Shown piece after piece: positions 24,148 to 36,800 of a DNA stretch of 39,952 bases; position 1 is the first letter of the stretch, and the number at the start of each line of letters is the position of its first letter. Made by a program: the position numbers and the translations under genes. The notes below the pieces were generated by a model that saw only the letters and a list, made by a program, of their open reading frames with translations, made no database searches and was not told the origin of the DNA. Source of the DNA: Pseudovirgaria hyperparasitica (taxonomy: Eukaryota); the NCBI GenBank assembly GCA_010093815.1, contig ML996576.1; one strand, given 5' to 3'.

Positions 24148-24368
24148 TATTATTATCGGTTCTATCGGCGAGTTGTATTCTAAGGAGAGGTAGTTAAGCG
24201 AGGTGGAAGTAGAGGAGAAGGTTTTATTAATTAAGAAGGTATAGAGAGGTGTAAGAGGGAAGAGTGATATACTATCTTAAGTTCTCTTTTATGCCTCCTC
24301 GAATACTAGGTATATAGTAATTTTTATAAATGATCCTTACTAACAGCCGTAGGCCCGTATACGTGTCG

Positions 24369-24468
24369 AATCTATGAATAAATATATACTAGGTACATAG
24401 GAAATCTATAAATGAATATATCTACCGAGTATATGGCGGAATCTATAAATGAATAGATACCGGGTATA
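24369..24468. repeat. About 35-bp tandem repeat x3 upstream of the extra ORF
   Basis: AATCTATRAATRAATA... units at about 24369, 24404 and 24440. Confidence 0.7.
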
Positions 24469-27400
24469 TTCTTATCCTTATAAGACTTCCTATAAGTATC
24501 TTTTTCTCCTATACCTCCTCCTTCTTTTCTTCCTTATTAGTTTCTAATAGAGCCTATTCTATAGTAATGAAATAGGCCTTTAATAGGTAGGCTTCGATTA
24601 CACGACCGGCTTTAATATATAGTAGGTGGAATTCGCGTAAACGCCATTATATCTTCTTTCGAGCATTGCTTACTTTAATAATAAGTTTTATTATTTTATA
24701 GTAATAATAGGGTTTATTATCCTCTTTCGATGATAGAGTTCATCGTCCTTTTTCGATAATGGAGTTCATCATCATAAGACTACTTTTATAAGCATCCCTT
24801 CCCTCCTTAAAAAAACTTCTATTCTCTAGAAGGAGATATCGATTCTAGGGAAACGTAAATATTCTTCTCTATTAAAGTCTTACGGAGTAGGAATTACCAC
24901 TTCTACCCGGGTTCGTATGGCGTCGTCGAGGTGTTCTATAAGTTATTTATGATAGTTTTTCTTATCGCTACTCTCCTTATTTTCCTCGGTAATTCTTCTA
25001 ATTAGTGGTCGCGAGGGCTCGTCGTAACTCTTGTTACTTATATTTCTTATAAAATATTTCTTTAACCTATGGCTAGGAAACGTCCCTCTAAGCATGGCTC
25101 TATTAAGCTCCGCGAGCTTATAAGTATAATTAAATATAGACTAGATTCTATATAGCCCCCTCTAATACTACCTTAGCTTCCGCCCTATATCCTTCTATTA
25201 CTATAAGTCGTATAGGAGGATAATTATATCGACTAGTAACGACTCTTAACGAAGGTAATGGTCGTTATTCCATGCCTCTCTCGATTCCTTACGCGTTCGT
25301 ATTGCGTGGGCATGGGCCTCCTTAAGATCCTCGGATCTTCTCTTAAGTTATCTAGCTTAAAGAGTAAGTAAGTTAGACGTTAATTACACCTCGTCCTAAG
25401 GGAGTATTTAGAGCGACTCAAATTCGACTTTAATAGGTATGATTAGTTTATAGCTAAGTACGAGGTATATAGTACTATACCCTATACTAGTACGTGTCGT
25501 TATTCTATCTACCTAGACGACCGTATAGAGGTAGCCGGGCTAGTTCTTGAATCCGCCATTAGTTATCTTCGCGAGAGCATTAGCGAGTAGTATAAAACTT
25601 CTCTCGATAATCCTATTTACTTAGGGATTATACGTAGACGTAACCTTCTAATAAATTCTATAGAGTCGGAGGAGCTCCTCTATAGCACCTATATTTTCTC
25701 TACCACCATTATAGGTAATTTTAGGAATGATTCCGTATCTATAGATCACGTTCTTAAAGAGGAACTTTACGATAACTATAGACGTGGCCGCCGTACATGC
25801 CTCTACCTTAGTCTATCCGCTTAGCTATTCTCGTATAGATACTACTTTACTATACCCTATAGAAGGTAGTAGCGTCGTTACGTCTAAGTATATTCTTTAC
25901 TAAAGAATAGACGTTATAACGTGGTAGAGCCCTTTATTAAGACCTCTAAGGAGTTTACTTCATTATTAATATTTATTATAGGTTTTTACGTGCTATCGCA
26001 CGTCTCTACGTATACCTATCTACTAATACTTATCCTTAATCCTTCTAAGGGTCCCTTCGCTACCTCTATAATCTATCTTATCATGAGTAGCGGTAATTAT
26101 ACGCGCCCTAGTATTCGGATCCTTAATTACTCGTGTATATTAGCGATACCTATCTCCTCTCCGCTAGAGTATTCGGTTATACACGAGGAACTTTAGGTAG
26201 TCGGTTATAAAGGCCTTATACGCTCGGTCGGTTAGGTTAGTTAGCCTCTTAAGTATAGTAAGGTACTTTATAATCCTCTACCATTTATCGCTATATTTAT
26301 CTATTAAGGGAGACTTAATGGCGGTATAGTCGAGTATCCCTATCGTGTAATCTCTCCCGCTAACGGGCTTAATTAACGACGTCTCTAGCACGTCTATATA
26401 TAGAGCCATATCCACGAACTCGTCTAGGTTAAAGGTAGGGACGTCTAGTAGTTCTTCTCCTTCGTATATCTATAAGATACCGTTGGCGACTACGTTACGC
26501 TTCCTAGGTATATACCTAACTATAAAGTTCTATAGCTAAATCTACGCGAGCCACCTAGTAACGAGTACCCCTAGTAAGTTAGTTACGGTGCGGTTAATTT
26601 AAGCGACTAGAGTATTCGCGTCTATTTCTATAATAAAGTGCGTGCTATAGAGGTATTACCGGAACTTCTATAACGCGTGGAGGAGGGCTTAGTACTCTAG
26701 CTTCACGGTGTCGTAGTTTCTCTTAGCTTTTAACTATATTCCTCTATTATACCGCGATAGCTAACGTTTACGATCCTCGTTCTCCTATATTAATATAGCT
26801 CCCTACCTAACGTTACTAGAGCCTACTACTAGAATTATATCTCCCGTACCTATCCCGTACCGTAACGTTATTAGTACGGGAGTAGTAGTTAGAGCTATCT
26901 TTAGCGCGTCTATCGAGGTCTACTCCTTAGCTATCTACTACTAGACCGATTTATTCTTTAATAGTATAAATAGCGGCGATGCGATAATAGCGTACCCGGG
27001 GATCTATATCCGGAAATATATATAAACGCTAAGAAAGGCTCGTACATTCGTCGTGTTTTCGTAGGGTTTCTAGTCCCTAATAGTAGTAACCTTTTTATTA
27101 CTCGGTCGCCTCCCTTTAATATCGTAGACATATTCTATAATATTAGCGGCTTTAACATACTACTAAGTCTTCTTACTACTTAGGGCGTATCTAGCGCGCT
27201 CTATATCCGTGAGAACCTTATCTACGTTAATTAAATATTCTAGGATATATCTACGAATTCTAGGTAGGGCCTCCTTAGAGTTATATTTTATCATAGGTCC
27301 TTTAATGCCTAAGTTATCTAGGAATAGTAGAGCCCTCTCCGGGATGTGTTCTTATATAATAGTTAATATAATTCTAACGAACTAAGCTACTAAATTAGTG

Positions 27401-28458
27401 GCCCCTTAAGGTAATATTATCCTATATAGTAATCCTAGGGGCGTTATAAACCCCGTTAAGTCTCGGTAATACTCTACTAATAGAATCTAATTATATTCTA
27501 AGAAGAAGTCGGTAAACGTTAAGACGGCTATCCCTATAAAGTACTCCGAGAACTCTTTATATAAGGGCGGCGTGGCCGTATCACGAATGGTAACTCGGTT
27601 GATTTCTATCGCCGAATTAATTAACCTATAATCTCGTTCCTTATTAGCTTCCTTCTTCTTTTCCATGAGAAAATAGGTGTTTTAATAAGGACTACTATAG
27701 GGCTCGAGCCTTCTACTATTAAGACGCTCTTTTAGGATTATAAGTACCTTCCTATAAAGGGCTCTAGAAATATTAAAGTTCTTAGCCTACTATACCTTAT
27801 ATTCTACCGTTCGGATCTCCTACGGAGATGCTACCTCTTTATTAAATTTACTAAGGTATAAGAATTTCTATACTAGTGCTTCCTCGCGATATAATAAGAT
27901 TATATATAGTAACTTAAGTTCCGCGGGACGTAGCTCTATTCTAATCTTTAGCTAACTTATACGTAGAGGCGTTAGACGTGTTCCTAGCGGGATAGTTACC
28001 CTTTAAGGCTCTATTAGTCTATTAAACGTATTAAGGCCTAGATAGATAGCTAGAAGAAGTACCTACTATGCGATTACTCGTTCACGCTAGTCTAGATACC
28101 CTAATAGATTCCTAGGAACCTTTCGGTAGGCTTCGGAGTCATCCACGGGGTGTACTTTAACTCCCTTTCTTTTATATATAGTAGCTATACTAAATCCCTT
28201 TAATACCCCGGATAAATACCGTCTTTAGAGGCCGGTAGAGCCTACTATAAGCCGTTCTATTATCGTGCCTTATTTATATATAAAGGTAGCGTACCTTACC
28301 GCTATAACTAGAGCGGCTAAGTTATCTTTTCTCGATAACCGAGTAACATTTTTAGGCCGGATTTTCTCGGAAAGTAACTCTATATAACTTATTTCTATAT
28401 CCGTATAAAAATATAGCCTATCCCCTTCGTTAGTAGGTTTACCGGACTCTATTTAGTG

Positions 28459-28497
28459 CGGATTATTAGTTAAGGGTAGCCCTTAACTAATAATCCG
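28459..28497. repeat. Shared palindrome copy 6 (gypsy 2, inside pol)
   Basis: 18-bp perfect arms, TAG spacer. Confidence 0.95.
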
Positions 28498-31177
28498 GCT
28501 TAACTCCGGCTTCCGGCGATATACTCCGCTATATAGTTAGTCTCTAGCTATAGAGTTACCCTCCTTCTCTAAGACTAGAATATACTTATCCGGACTAGTT
28601 TTAAAGGTTATACGTTCTTATCTATATATAGAGTAGACTATTAAGAGTACTTACCTAGAGGCTAACCTCTATACCGTAAGTAAGGCCTATCTAGTATATG
28701 GCTCCCCTAGGATAAGGTTATAATTAAGTTTACTATATACGAATATTAAAGTAGCTATAACGATCTAACCTATATAGATAGAGTATTACTATATTATTCC
28801 CATAAATAGAGTACTATACTAAGTAGCGCTAACTAAACTTAAGTTCTTTATATATAGTAGAAGCGAAGATATTACTAGCCTAAGATACCTCATAGTATCT
28901 AGTCGAATACTATTTACCTATGCGCTACTATTAAATAGTACTATACTAGTCGCCCTTTTAGGACTAACTTCCATAGGGTACCTCGGATACTCGGCCACTA
29001 GCCTTACTATCCCTTTCTTAAGCTAATTAATATCTTATTACGTAATAGCCGTCCCTATGGTATAGAGAGGTACTAATATATTAAGTTTATTTATCTCGGG
29101 AGCCATAGTATAGTCGTTTCTTCCTTTCTTCTCGGCTCTCTCTTCTTAAGCCTTATAGACCTCTCTAGCTATAAAGTCGGGGGCACCCTTCTCGAATACC
29201 GCACGATATAAGTTACTATTAAGGCTTAATAGTTCGCTAATAGTAATATTTATAGTTATCCCTAGAACGCGTACCAGCCATGCTTCGCTAGCTTCTATAC
29301 TTAGCCGCTATCCTTCGCGTAGATAGTTATTAAGCTTAATGCCTCGGATACATGCCTTTTAACTAGGATTTAGGCTATCCCCTTTATCTATCTTATCCTC
29401 TAGCGCCGTTAGCTCTTATTTAGATATTCTCTAGTCGCTACTCTTCTTACCGTCCTTCTATTCCTTAATAATCCTTATATACTACCCTTTACGCATTCCG
29501 CGGAGGCGGGCGATCTTTCTTTCCTTAGTATAATTAGGTATACTCTTCGTAATCCCCCTTCTAGATATTATAAGTATAGCGGGCTCTTCTAGGGCCATCT
29601 CCTTATAGATATATCTATTACTAGCTACGTTAAAGCGTTCGTGGAATTCTATATATCTATCTTTCTTACTCTCGGGCGACGTAACTTCTTCTTCCGAATC
29701 GCTATCCGCTAAGGCCTAGTAGGGACCCTTTATAGGTTTTATACTAATACTATATACTAGCACTCTCTATAAAGCGTTAATGTTTACTACGGACGTAGAA
29801 ACCTTTACTCCTCCTCCGTACTAGCTTAGGCCGTTTTAAACTATTACTATATAGTTCTAGATAGCTTATAGAGTAGCTTATAGCCCTACCGAGGAGGGTA
29901 GTAATAGAATTTCTTCTCTATTCGCCCCGAAACGCCCTCGGAACACTCGCACCCTATTAATATTTAGTAATCCGTCTCTAATGTATCCTACTATCTCCGG
30001 ATATCTATATATTAGATAATCTTCTCCGTACGTAATGCATACGATTAGTCTTTAAGGCCTATCCTAGACTATAACGCCTCCTTAGGAGTCTCGGGTAGAG
30101 ACGTATTCTCTATTCTATATATAATTCTATGGATAAACTTATATTAGTTCTATAGACATGCCTCGTGCTTAGGGATGTACTAAAAGATTTAGCCTTCGCG
30201 TCTACTAGTTAATAATAGCCGAAAGTAGCTTAGGTTCGTACTTCTTAAGGGATAGGAATAAGGGATTAGAGGTAAAGTAGGACTTTATCTTAATTAACGT
30301 GAGGTCTAGTTTACTAAATCTCTCTACCATCTCGTTAAACTTATCCGATTCTAGCGTGACGTGTACTATAACTAGAGAGAGGTAGTTAAATTTATTAGTT
30401 CTTCTTTCTTTATATAACTACTCTTCTAAGCCGGTCTTCTTACTCCCTATCTTTAATTTATAGTATATAGCTATGGCTAGCTCTTGTGCGGCTAAGTACT
30501 TATTAATACGAGCTAGTTTCTTAAGTACTCTAGCCTTTCGTAATACGAAGCTATAGATAATTACCTAGTCGTAACTATATACTTCTATTATAAGTTAACA
30601 TTTCTCTATAGCCCGAGCCTTAAGACTATTAGACAGCCCTTCTAGAAAGAGCTCTATTCGCGAATACGAGCTTAGGCTTCCTTTAGCTATAAGTTTCTCC
30701 GTGATAACACGATACTAGGAGTAGTATATAGGGAGAGAGTAGGATAGGTCTACTTTAACCATTTCCACGTATTTTCGGATAAAGTAGATGGTGCCTTCCT
30801 CGAGGGTAGAGTTAAATAGAGAGAATTCCTTTAATAATTCTTCACGTAGCGTGGCCTACTACTATTTCTAAAACCTACTTATTCCTTTAATAGTAGAACG
30901 GAGATAGTCCTCATAGTATAACGGTAGGGAGGTTATCTTCTTATTAGGCGGAACTTCATAGTTTATATATATGTCCTTATACTTCTAAAGGAAGGCTGTA
31001 ATATTTATTCCTTTAAAGCGCTTAGGGGCTAGAATAGATAGAGGTACTATCCTTCCTTATCGCGTAAATACTACGAAGAAGTTAAGTATCTCTCTATAAG
31101 TTACTAGGTCGTTATTTTAAGCTCCTATTATACTATTACTAGTAGTAGGTGTACTAGTAGAGACGCTAGGGGTAAGG

Positions 31178-31205
31178 TTATTAGTTAAGGGATTACCTTA
31201 ACTAA
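31178..31205. repeat. Shared palindrome copy 7, variant (gypsy 2 gag N-terminus or leader)
   Basis: TTAGTTAAGG-GATTA-CCTTAACTAA. Confidence 0.9.
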
Positions 31206-31687
31206 AGGTTGGCCCAATACGTCTACCCACAACACCTATTATCCCTTCTCTATGTTAACTAATCCCTTTATAAGGTGAACTATTACTATCGTCTTTATCG
31301 ATATAAGGTTTACGGTATCCTACTTATATTATTATCTTCGTGTAAGGCGTTCCTAAAGTGGTATACTTATGTGGCCATATTTATAAATAACAGCTATGGT
31401 AGTACTAAACAGGTTATATTTATCGTTTTTGAACTCTTCTTTACTACTTCATCTAGCCCTATTTTATATCCTATTCCCCTAAGACATTTTCGAGTCGCGC
31501 TATCACCCGTGTTAGTATATGCATGCTTTTTACGGCTACTTTTAAGAGGCTAGCCCCTAGCGACTCCGGACTCCCTATTTTCCGGACTCGTAGCTTTGAT
31601 CTAGTAAGTCTAGACTACCTTATTAGGCACGCTATATACTTCCCCTAAGCTAGTTTCGGAGTCCTAATCTCCCCCTATAAGTTCGTA

Positions 31688-31705
31688 GTCCGGGTACGAC
31701 CTCTA
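31688..31705 (-). other. Primer-binding site, probably tRNA-Gln
   Basis: TAGAGGTCGTACCCGGAC (de-RIPped TGGAGGTCGTGCCCGG) 4 nt after the 5' LTR; resembles the complement of fungal tRNA-Gln 3' ends as recalled. Confidence 0.7.
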
Positions 31706-31709
31706 AAAT

Positions 31710-32081
31710 TATAGTAAGCTATTGCCACGTGTGTCCCTTTTATAAATGGCTATGTTCCTAGTATAGTAGTCGCGACGAACTCATAAGTATCTCTTCTAGG
31801 TATTATGAGTTCTCTTTAAACGCACGACTTCTTATTAGTTCTCTTTTACGATAGGATAGGTCTATATAATACTCTTAATCAATTCTTTAATAGCTAAGCC
31901 TAATAATCAATACCTATAGAGGCCCATGAACGTAAGAAAAGGTCGAATAGTCGAATATTAGTGATGGGGGAAGCGCGCCGAGCAGAATGACTAAGGAAAA
32001 CGCCCTCCTTAAATATACAATGAAGCCATGTAATCGAGCCAGGGACACATACATGTAGGGCTGTAGGAGCGGCCTTCCACA
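31710..32081 (-). repeat. 5' LTR, gypsy family 2 copy A
   Basis: 372-bp direct repeat of 20644-21015. Confidence 0.97.
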
Positions 32082-32271
32082 CTATCTAATAGGATTTAAA
32101 AGTTCTAATATCTATAAACTATATAACCTAGAGTCTAATAAAGTTATCTATGCTAGAGACTATAAAGTATTAGAAGGATACTTTTATACACCTAATAATT
32201 ATAAGAATATTTAAGAAATATACTCTAATATAGATAACTTTAAGAACTCTAGTAGAATAGAGAAGTCTAGT

Positions 32272-32331
32272 TCTACTTCTACTTCTACTTCTACTTCTAC
32301 TTCTACTTCTACTTCTACTTCTACTTCTACT
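32272..32331 (+). repeat. (TCTACT)10 microsatellite, in-frame Ser-Thr run in the copia IN-RT linker
   Basis: Direct reading. Confidence 0.9.
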
Positions 32332-32557
32332 CTAAATAATACTTCTATAATTATAGAAGATTTAGAGAAAGAAGAATTAGAATATATAAATAATACTAGC
32401 TATAAAGATATATATAATAGTCTAGTATATTATAATATTCTAAATACGTCTATTATAGAACCAAAGTCTTATAAAGAGGTATTATTACACCCTAATAAGA
32501 ACCTCTACTTAGAAGCTATGAAAGTAGAGGTAGATACTCTTATTAAAAATAATACCT

Positions 32558-33515
32558 NNNNNNNNNNNNNNNNNNNNNNNNNNNNNNNNNNNNNNNNNNN
32601 NNNNNNNNNNNNNNNNNNNNNNNNNNNNNNNNNNNNNNNNNNNNNNNNNNNNNNNNNNNNNNNNNNNNNNNNNNNNNNNNNNNNNNNNNNNNNNNNNNNN
32701 NNNNNNNNNNNNNNNNNNNNNNNNNNNNNNNNNNNNNNNNNNNNNNNNNNNNNNNNNNNNNNNNNNNNNNNNNNNNNNNNNNNNNNNNNNNNNNNNNNNN
32801 NNNNNNNNNNNNNNNNNNNNNNNNNNNNNNNNNNNNNNNNNNNNNNNNNNNNNNNNNNNNNNNNNNNNNNNNNNNNNNNNNNNNNNNNNNNNNNNNNNNN
32901 NNNNNNNNNNNNNNNNNNNNNNNNNNNNNNNNNNNNNNNNNNNNNNNNNNNNNNNNNNNNNNNNNNNNNNNNNNNNNNNNNNNNNNNNNNNNNNNNNNNN
33001 NNNNNNNNNNNNNNNNNNNNNNNNNNNNNNNNNNNNNNNNNNNNNNNNNNNNNNNNNNNNNNNNNNNNNNNNNNNNNNNNNNNNNNNNNNNNNNNNNNNN
33101 NNNNNNNNNNNNNNNNNNNNNNNNNNNNNNNNNNNNNNNNNNNNNNNNNNNNNNNNNNNNNNNNNNNNNNNNNNNNNNNNNNNNNNNNNNNNNNNNNNNN
33201 NNNNNNNNNNNNNNNNNNNNNNNNNNNNNNNNNNNNNNNNNNNNNNNNNNNNNNNNNNNNNNNNNNNNNNNNNNNNNNNNNNNNNNNNNNNNNNNNNNNN
33301 NNNNNNNNNNNNNNNNNNNNNNNNNNNNNNNNNNNNNNNNNNNNNNNNNNNNNNNNNNNNNNNNNNNNNNNNNNNNNNNNNNNNNNNNNNNNNNNNNNNN
33401 NNNNNNNNNNNNNNNNNNNNNNNNNNNNNNNNNNNNNNNNNNNNNNNNNNNNNNNNNNNNNNNNNNNNNNNNNNNNNNNNNNNNNNNNNNNNNNNNNNNN
33501 NNNNNNNNNNNNNNN
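32558..33515. other. Assembly gap (958 N)
   Basis: N run; size is compatible with the missing copia RT core. Confidence 0.99.
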
Positions 33516-33801
33516 GGGAGGGGATATAGACTCTAGAAAATCTACTACGGGTAATATATTCTTATTATCTAATAAGAATAAAGATAATAGTATAGCTATT
33601 AGCTAGCTATCTAAATTACAAAAAATAGTAGCTATTAGTTCAGCCGAGGCCGAATATATAGCCTTAAAAGAAGCTACTAAAGAGAGTCTATTCTTAAATA
33701 ATTTTATTAAAGAACTCTTTAATAGTAACTCTAATATTAAAGAATATTATAAGATCTTTAATAAAATAAATACTATTAAAATAGACTCTTTAAGTACTAT
33801 A

Positions 33802-36800
33802 ATAATAATAATAATAATATTAGTAAACTAGGTAGAGTACCACTCTATAGGCGCATGCCTCCTCTAGTCTAAGCTACTATATAAGAAGAAACCTACGAAT
33901 AGGAAAAACTCCCTCATATCCATGACTACGCTCTATCTATCCTCTCGTTCTTTATATATATATAGCCCTAGGGGCTACCTATGGGCCTATAGCCTATATT
34001 ATAATAGTTTACCCTTAGGTAGCACGTATAGATGCGGAGATTATTAGTTAAGGGCTACCCTTAACTAATAATCGCGGTTCTCCCGGGGTTCTTCCGACGT
34101 ATACCGGGGTTCTTCCGGCATATATCGGGGTTCTTCTAGTATATATACGCGGGTCTACTAGAACTAGGGGAGAGGAAGGTATACGAGTATCTATCGGGCG
34201 ACGTCCTTAGGGTACTTATTAAGCTATCGCGTAATGTTAGAGGTCCTTATTATATAGACGAGGGCTTATCTTAGGGTATAGAGGCTAGAGCACGTCGCGA
34301 GGTAGTAGCGTATTATACCTCTCCGGCCGTAGTCCTCGCACTAGGGAGATATATCTAGGATACCTCTCTAGTAGAGGTAATATAGGAGACCTATAGCGCC
34401 TATTCGGGCTTAGAGGAGTATAGATGCTTAGGCCTTCGTTAGCCCTTTATACATCTATTTACTCGGTTCCTTCTAAGGCCCTTAGATCTATTCTAGATAC
34501 CTATTCTATTAGGAGGCCTACTAGGCTTTAAGTACCTCCCTCTATTTATTCTAGATCCATGACCGTATAACGCGGCTAAGCTCCTTAGGGCTCTATTAGC
34601 TCGGGATAGTATCCGGGTTATTTTAAACCTTCTACGCGGTCTAGCTCGAGTCCGCCTCTATATAGTATTTATATTATACTCGAGTTTAGTCTATAGTAGG
34701 GAGGGCCTAGTAATGTGCGTGGATACGTGTATATAGTACGGCGAAGGTATATACCCTATCTCCTCCACGTTCTTATGCTTATTATTTAGTAAAGTATATA
34801 AGTCTCTATATCTAGTAGAAGTCCTATATACTCGTTACGTTTATCTCGCGTCGGAGGAGCATTATATTAGTAGCTTTATATACGCCGGAGATAAGGCGGA
34901 GTATACGGTTTTATATAGACTTAAGCTTTACTCGCCGAGCTTATATAAGGGCCGTATACTAGTACTCGTATCTATATATAAAGGCTAGGCGTACTAGGGA
35001 GACGTATAGCTATCTCGCCTTATTCTAGGCTATTCTCTACGTGGATGCCGTAATCCGGCGTATAGCGGTTTCTACCTAGAGGGCTCTAGAGACGGCGTGT
35101 GCCACCTATGGTCCCTATTTTAGCTTATTATTAATCATGACGCCGAGTACTCGTATGCTCTATACTAGTAGTTCTATAAAGGCGTCGATTTAGGGGCGAC
35201 GTGCCCCCTCCCTAGTAGCTTATCCTCTATAGCGGTTAATAAAGTATATAAGCTAGTATTTTTTAGGTGCGAATTTTACTCCGTGGCGCTTTACCTACTA
35301 GACATATTTCTCGTGGTCTCATTCGAGTTATGTACATGTTCTACTAGTACTACTATCGACCGTAAGGAGGTATATATCGTCCGCGTATCCGACTACCTCT
35401 ATATATTCTATTCCCTAAAGGAGGTCTACTATAAAGAAGAGAAAGAGGATCGGGGAGATGGTACTCCCTTACGGGATGCCGTATACCGTCTCCTTATATT
35501 TGCTTCGGTATCTAGGGATATATATTTAAGTAGTCCTTTACGCGAGGAAGGACTATATAAATTATATAATCTACTTAGGTATTCGCCTTATCCGGAGGTT
35601 ATAGATAAGTCTTATATAGTTTACCTTATTAAACGCCCCTACTATATCTAGGGAGAGTAGCGTGACGACTCGTCCTTATTTCTATATAGTCTAGATAACC
35701 TTAAGGATATATTAAATAGCTATAATTAGGGAGCTTCCTACCTTCGCCTTCTAGTTTACTAGGAGAAGGCCGTATACCTATACTACTATACTTATCTTCT
35801 TAGTAATTATAGCTTCTAGTATCTTACTAAGGTAGGAGAGAAGGGCGATCGGCCTCCATCCCTTCGGCGTGTTTAGGCTCTTCCCTAGTTTTAGGAGTAT
35901 AACCGTGTATATAGTTTAGAAGCTCTATAGGTGGTATTCTATACGGGCGCACGCTCGGAATATATAGCCTATAATTAGTAAGGTCGCCTATATGGTCCTC
36001 TTAAGGCATCGATTCGGAATTCCGTCTAGCCCGGGCGCTTTATCGTTTAGGAGTATCTTAATAGCGCCGAGTATATCGTCGTCCGTGATTTCTCTAGGGA
36101 TACTTATAGCTTCCGGGTATTCCGTGCCGTTAATATCTAATAGGTCTACGGGTTCTAGGAGAGGGAATATAACCTCTTATAGGATCTCTATTTTCTTAAG
36201 GCTCGTGGAGTACGTCTTTTCTTAATATATAAGGGGGGGTATAAGTGGTATAGGTGTCGGGGAGGCGGTGCTTTTAGCCCATTTTACTATATACCATAGT
36301 CTAGTAGTATTACGTGTATATCTATCCGTAACTATACGCTACTATTTATATTACTTATTACGGAGGACCTTATCTCATTATCTTCTCGCCTCTCTCTATT
36401 TATCCTACGCTTTAGGTATGCGGTTATAGTATATATATATATATAATCTCTAGACTTCTCGCCTATGCTCTTGCACTTAAGGTATACTTTTTAGGTCTAG
36501 GGGTCTATATATTCGGTACGGCACGTATTTATCTCTTGCTCCCTAGTACGCCTATAGGAGTATATTTATGGCCTAGTTAATGGCCGGGCCATTAGATACG
36601 TCAACTATAGACGGGTCTAGGATCGTCGATTCTAGGTCCTTTAGGTACTTTTCCTAGTTAGTGTCCTTCTATAGCTATCGCCCTTATTAGTCTTAAGGGG
36701 TAGATACGTCTATTACGGTCTCTATATATTTATAGTCGGAGTCTATCTATATAAGGCTTAGGCGGTAGTATTAAGTCCTATTATAAATATATCTAGTGGC

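Larger units (their letters stand above)
25000..31330 (-). pseudogene. gag-pol, gypsy family 2
   Basis: gag KRFKG.NITAFL near 31000; protease VLF(D)S(G)A near 28930; RT P(Q)GATN near 27400 and FLD(D)LGIKG near 27320; RNase H; integrase TSTYNP near 25615; ends approximate. Confidence 0.92.
20644..32081 (-). mobile_element. Full-length Ty3/gypsy family 2 (no chromodomain seen), 11.4 kb, with an extra ORF
   Basis: 372-bp LTRs with TGTGG...CCACA-type ends; PBS; PPT at 21016-21030; gag-PR-RT-RH-IN. Confidence 0.95.
32082..33801 (+). mobile_element. Ty1/copia internal fragment (post-integrase region, RT start, gap, RNase H)
   Basis: YLIGF..SNIYKLYN...VIYARD; EPKSYKE...AMKVEVDTLIKNNT; DSRKSTTG...IS(W)LSKLQK.VAISSAEAEY. 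Confidence 0.93.

Noticed and set aside
32518..33606. 362-aa ORF
   Set aside because: Artefact of reading through the N gap; flanks are RIPped copia RT/RNase H
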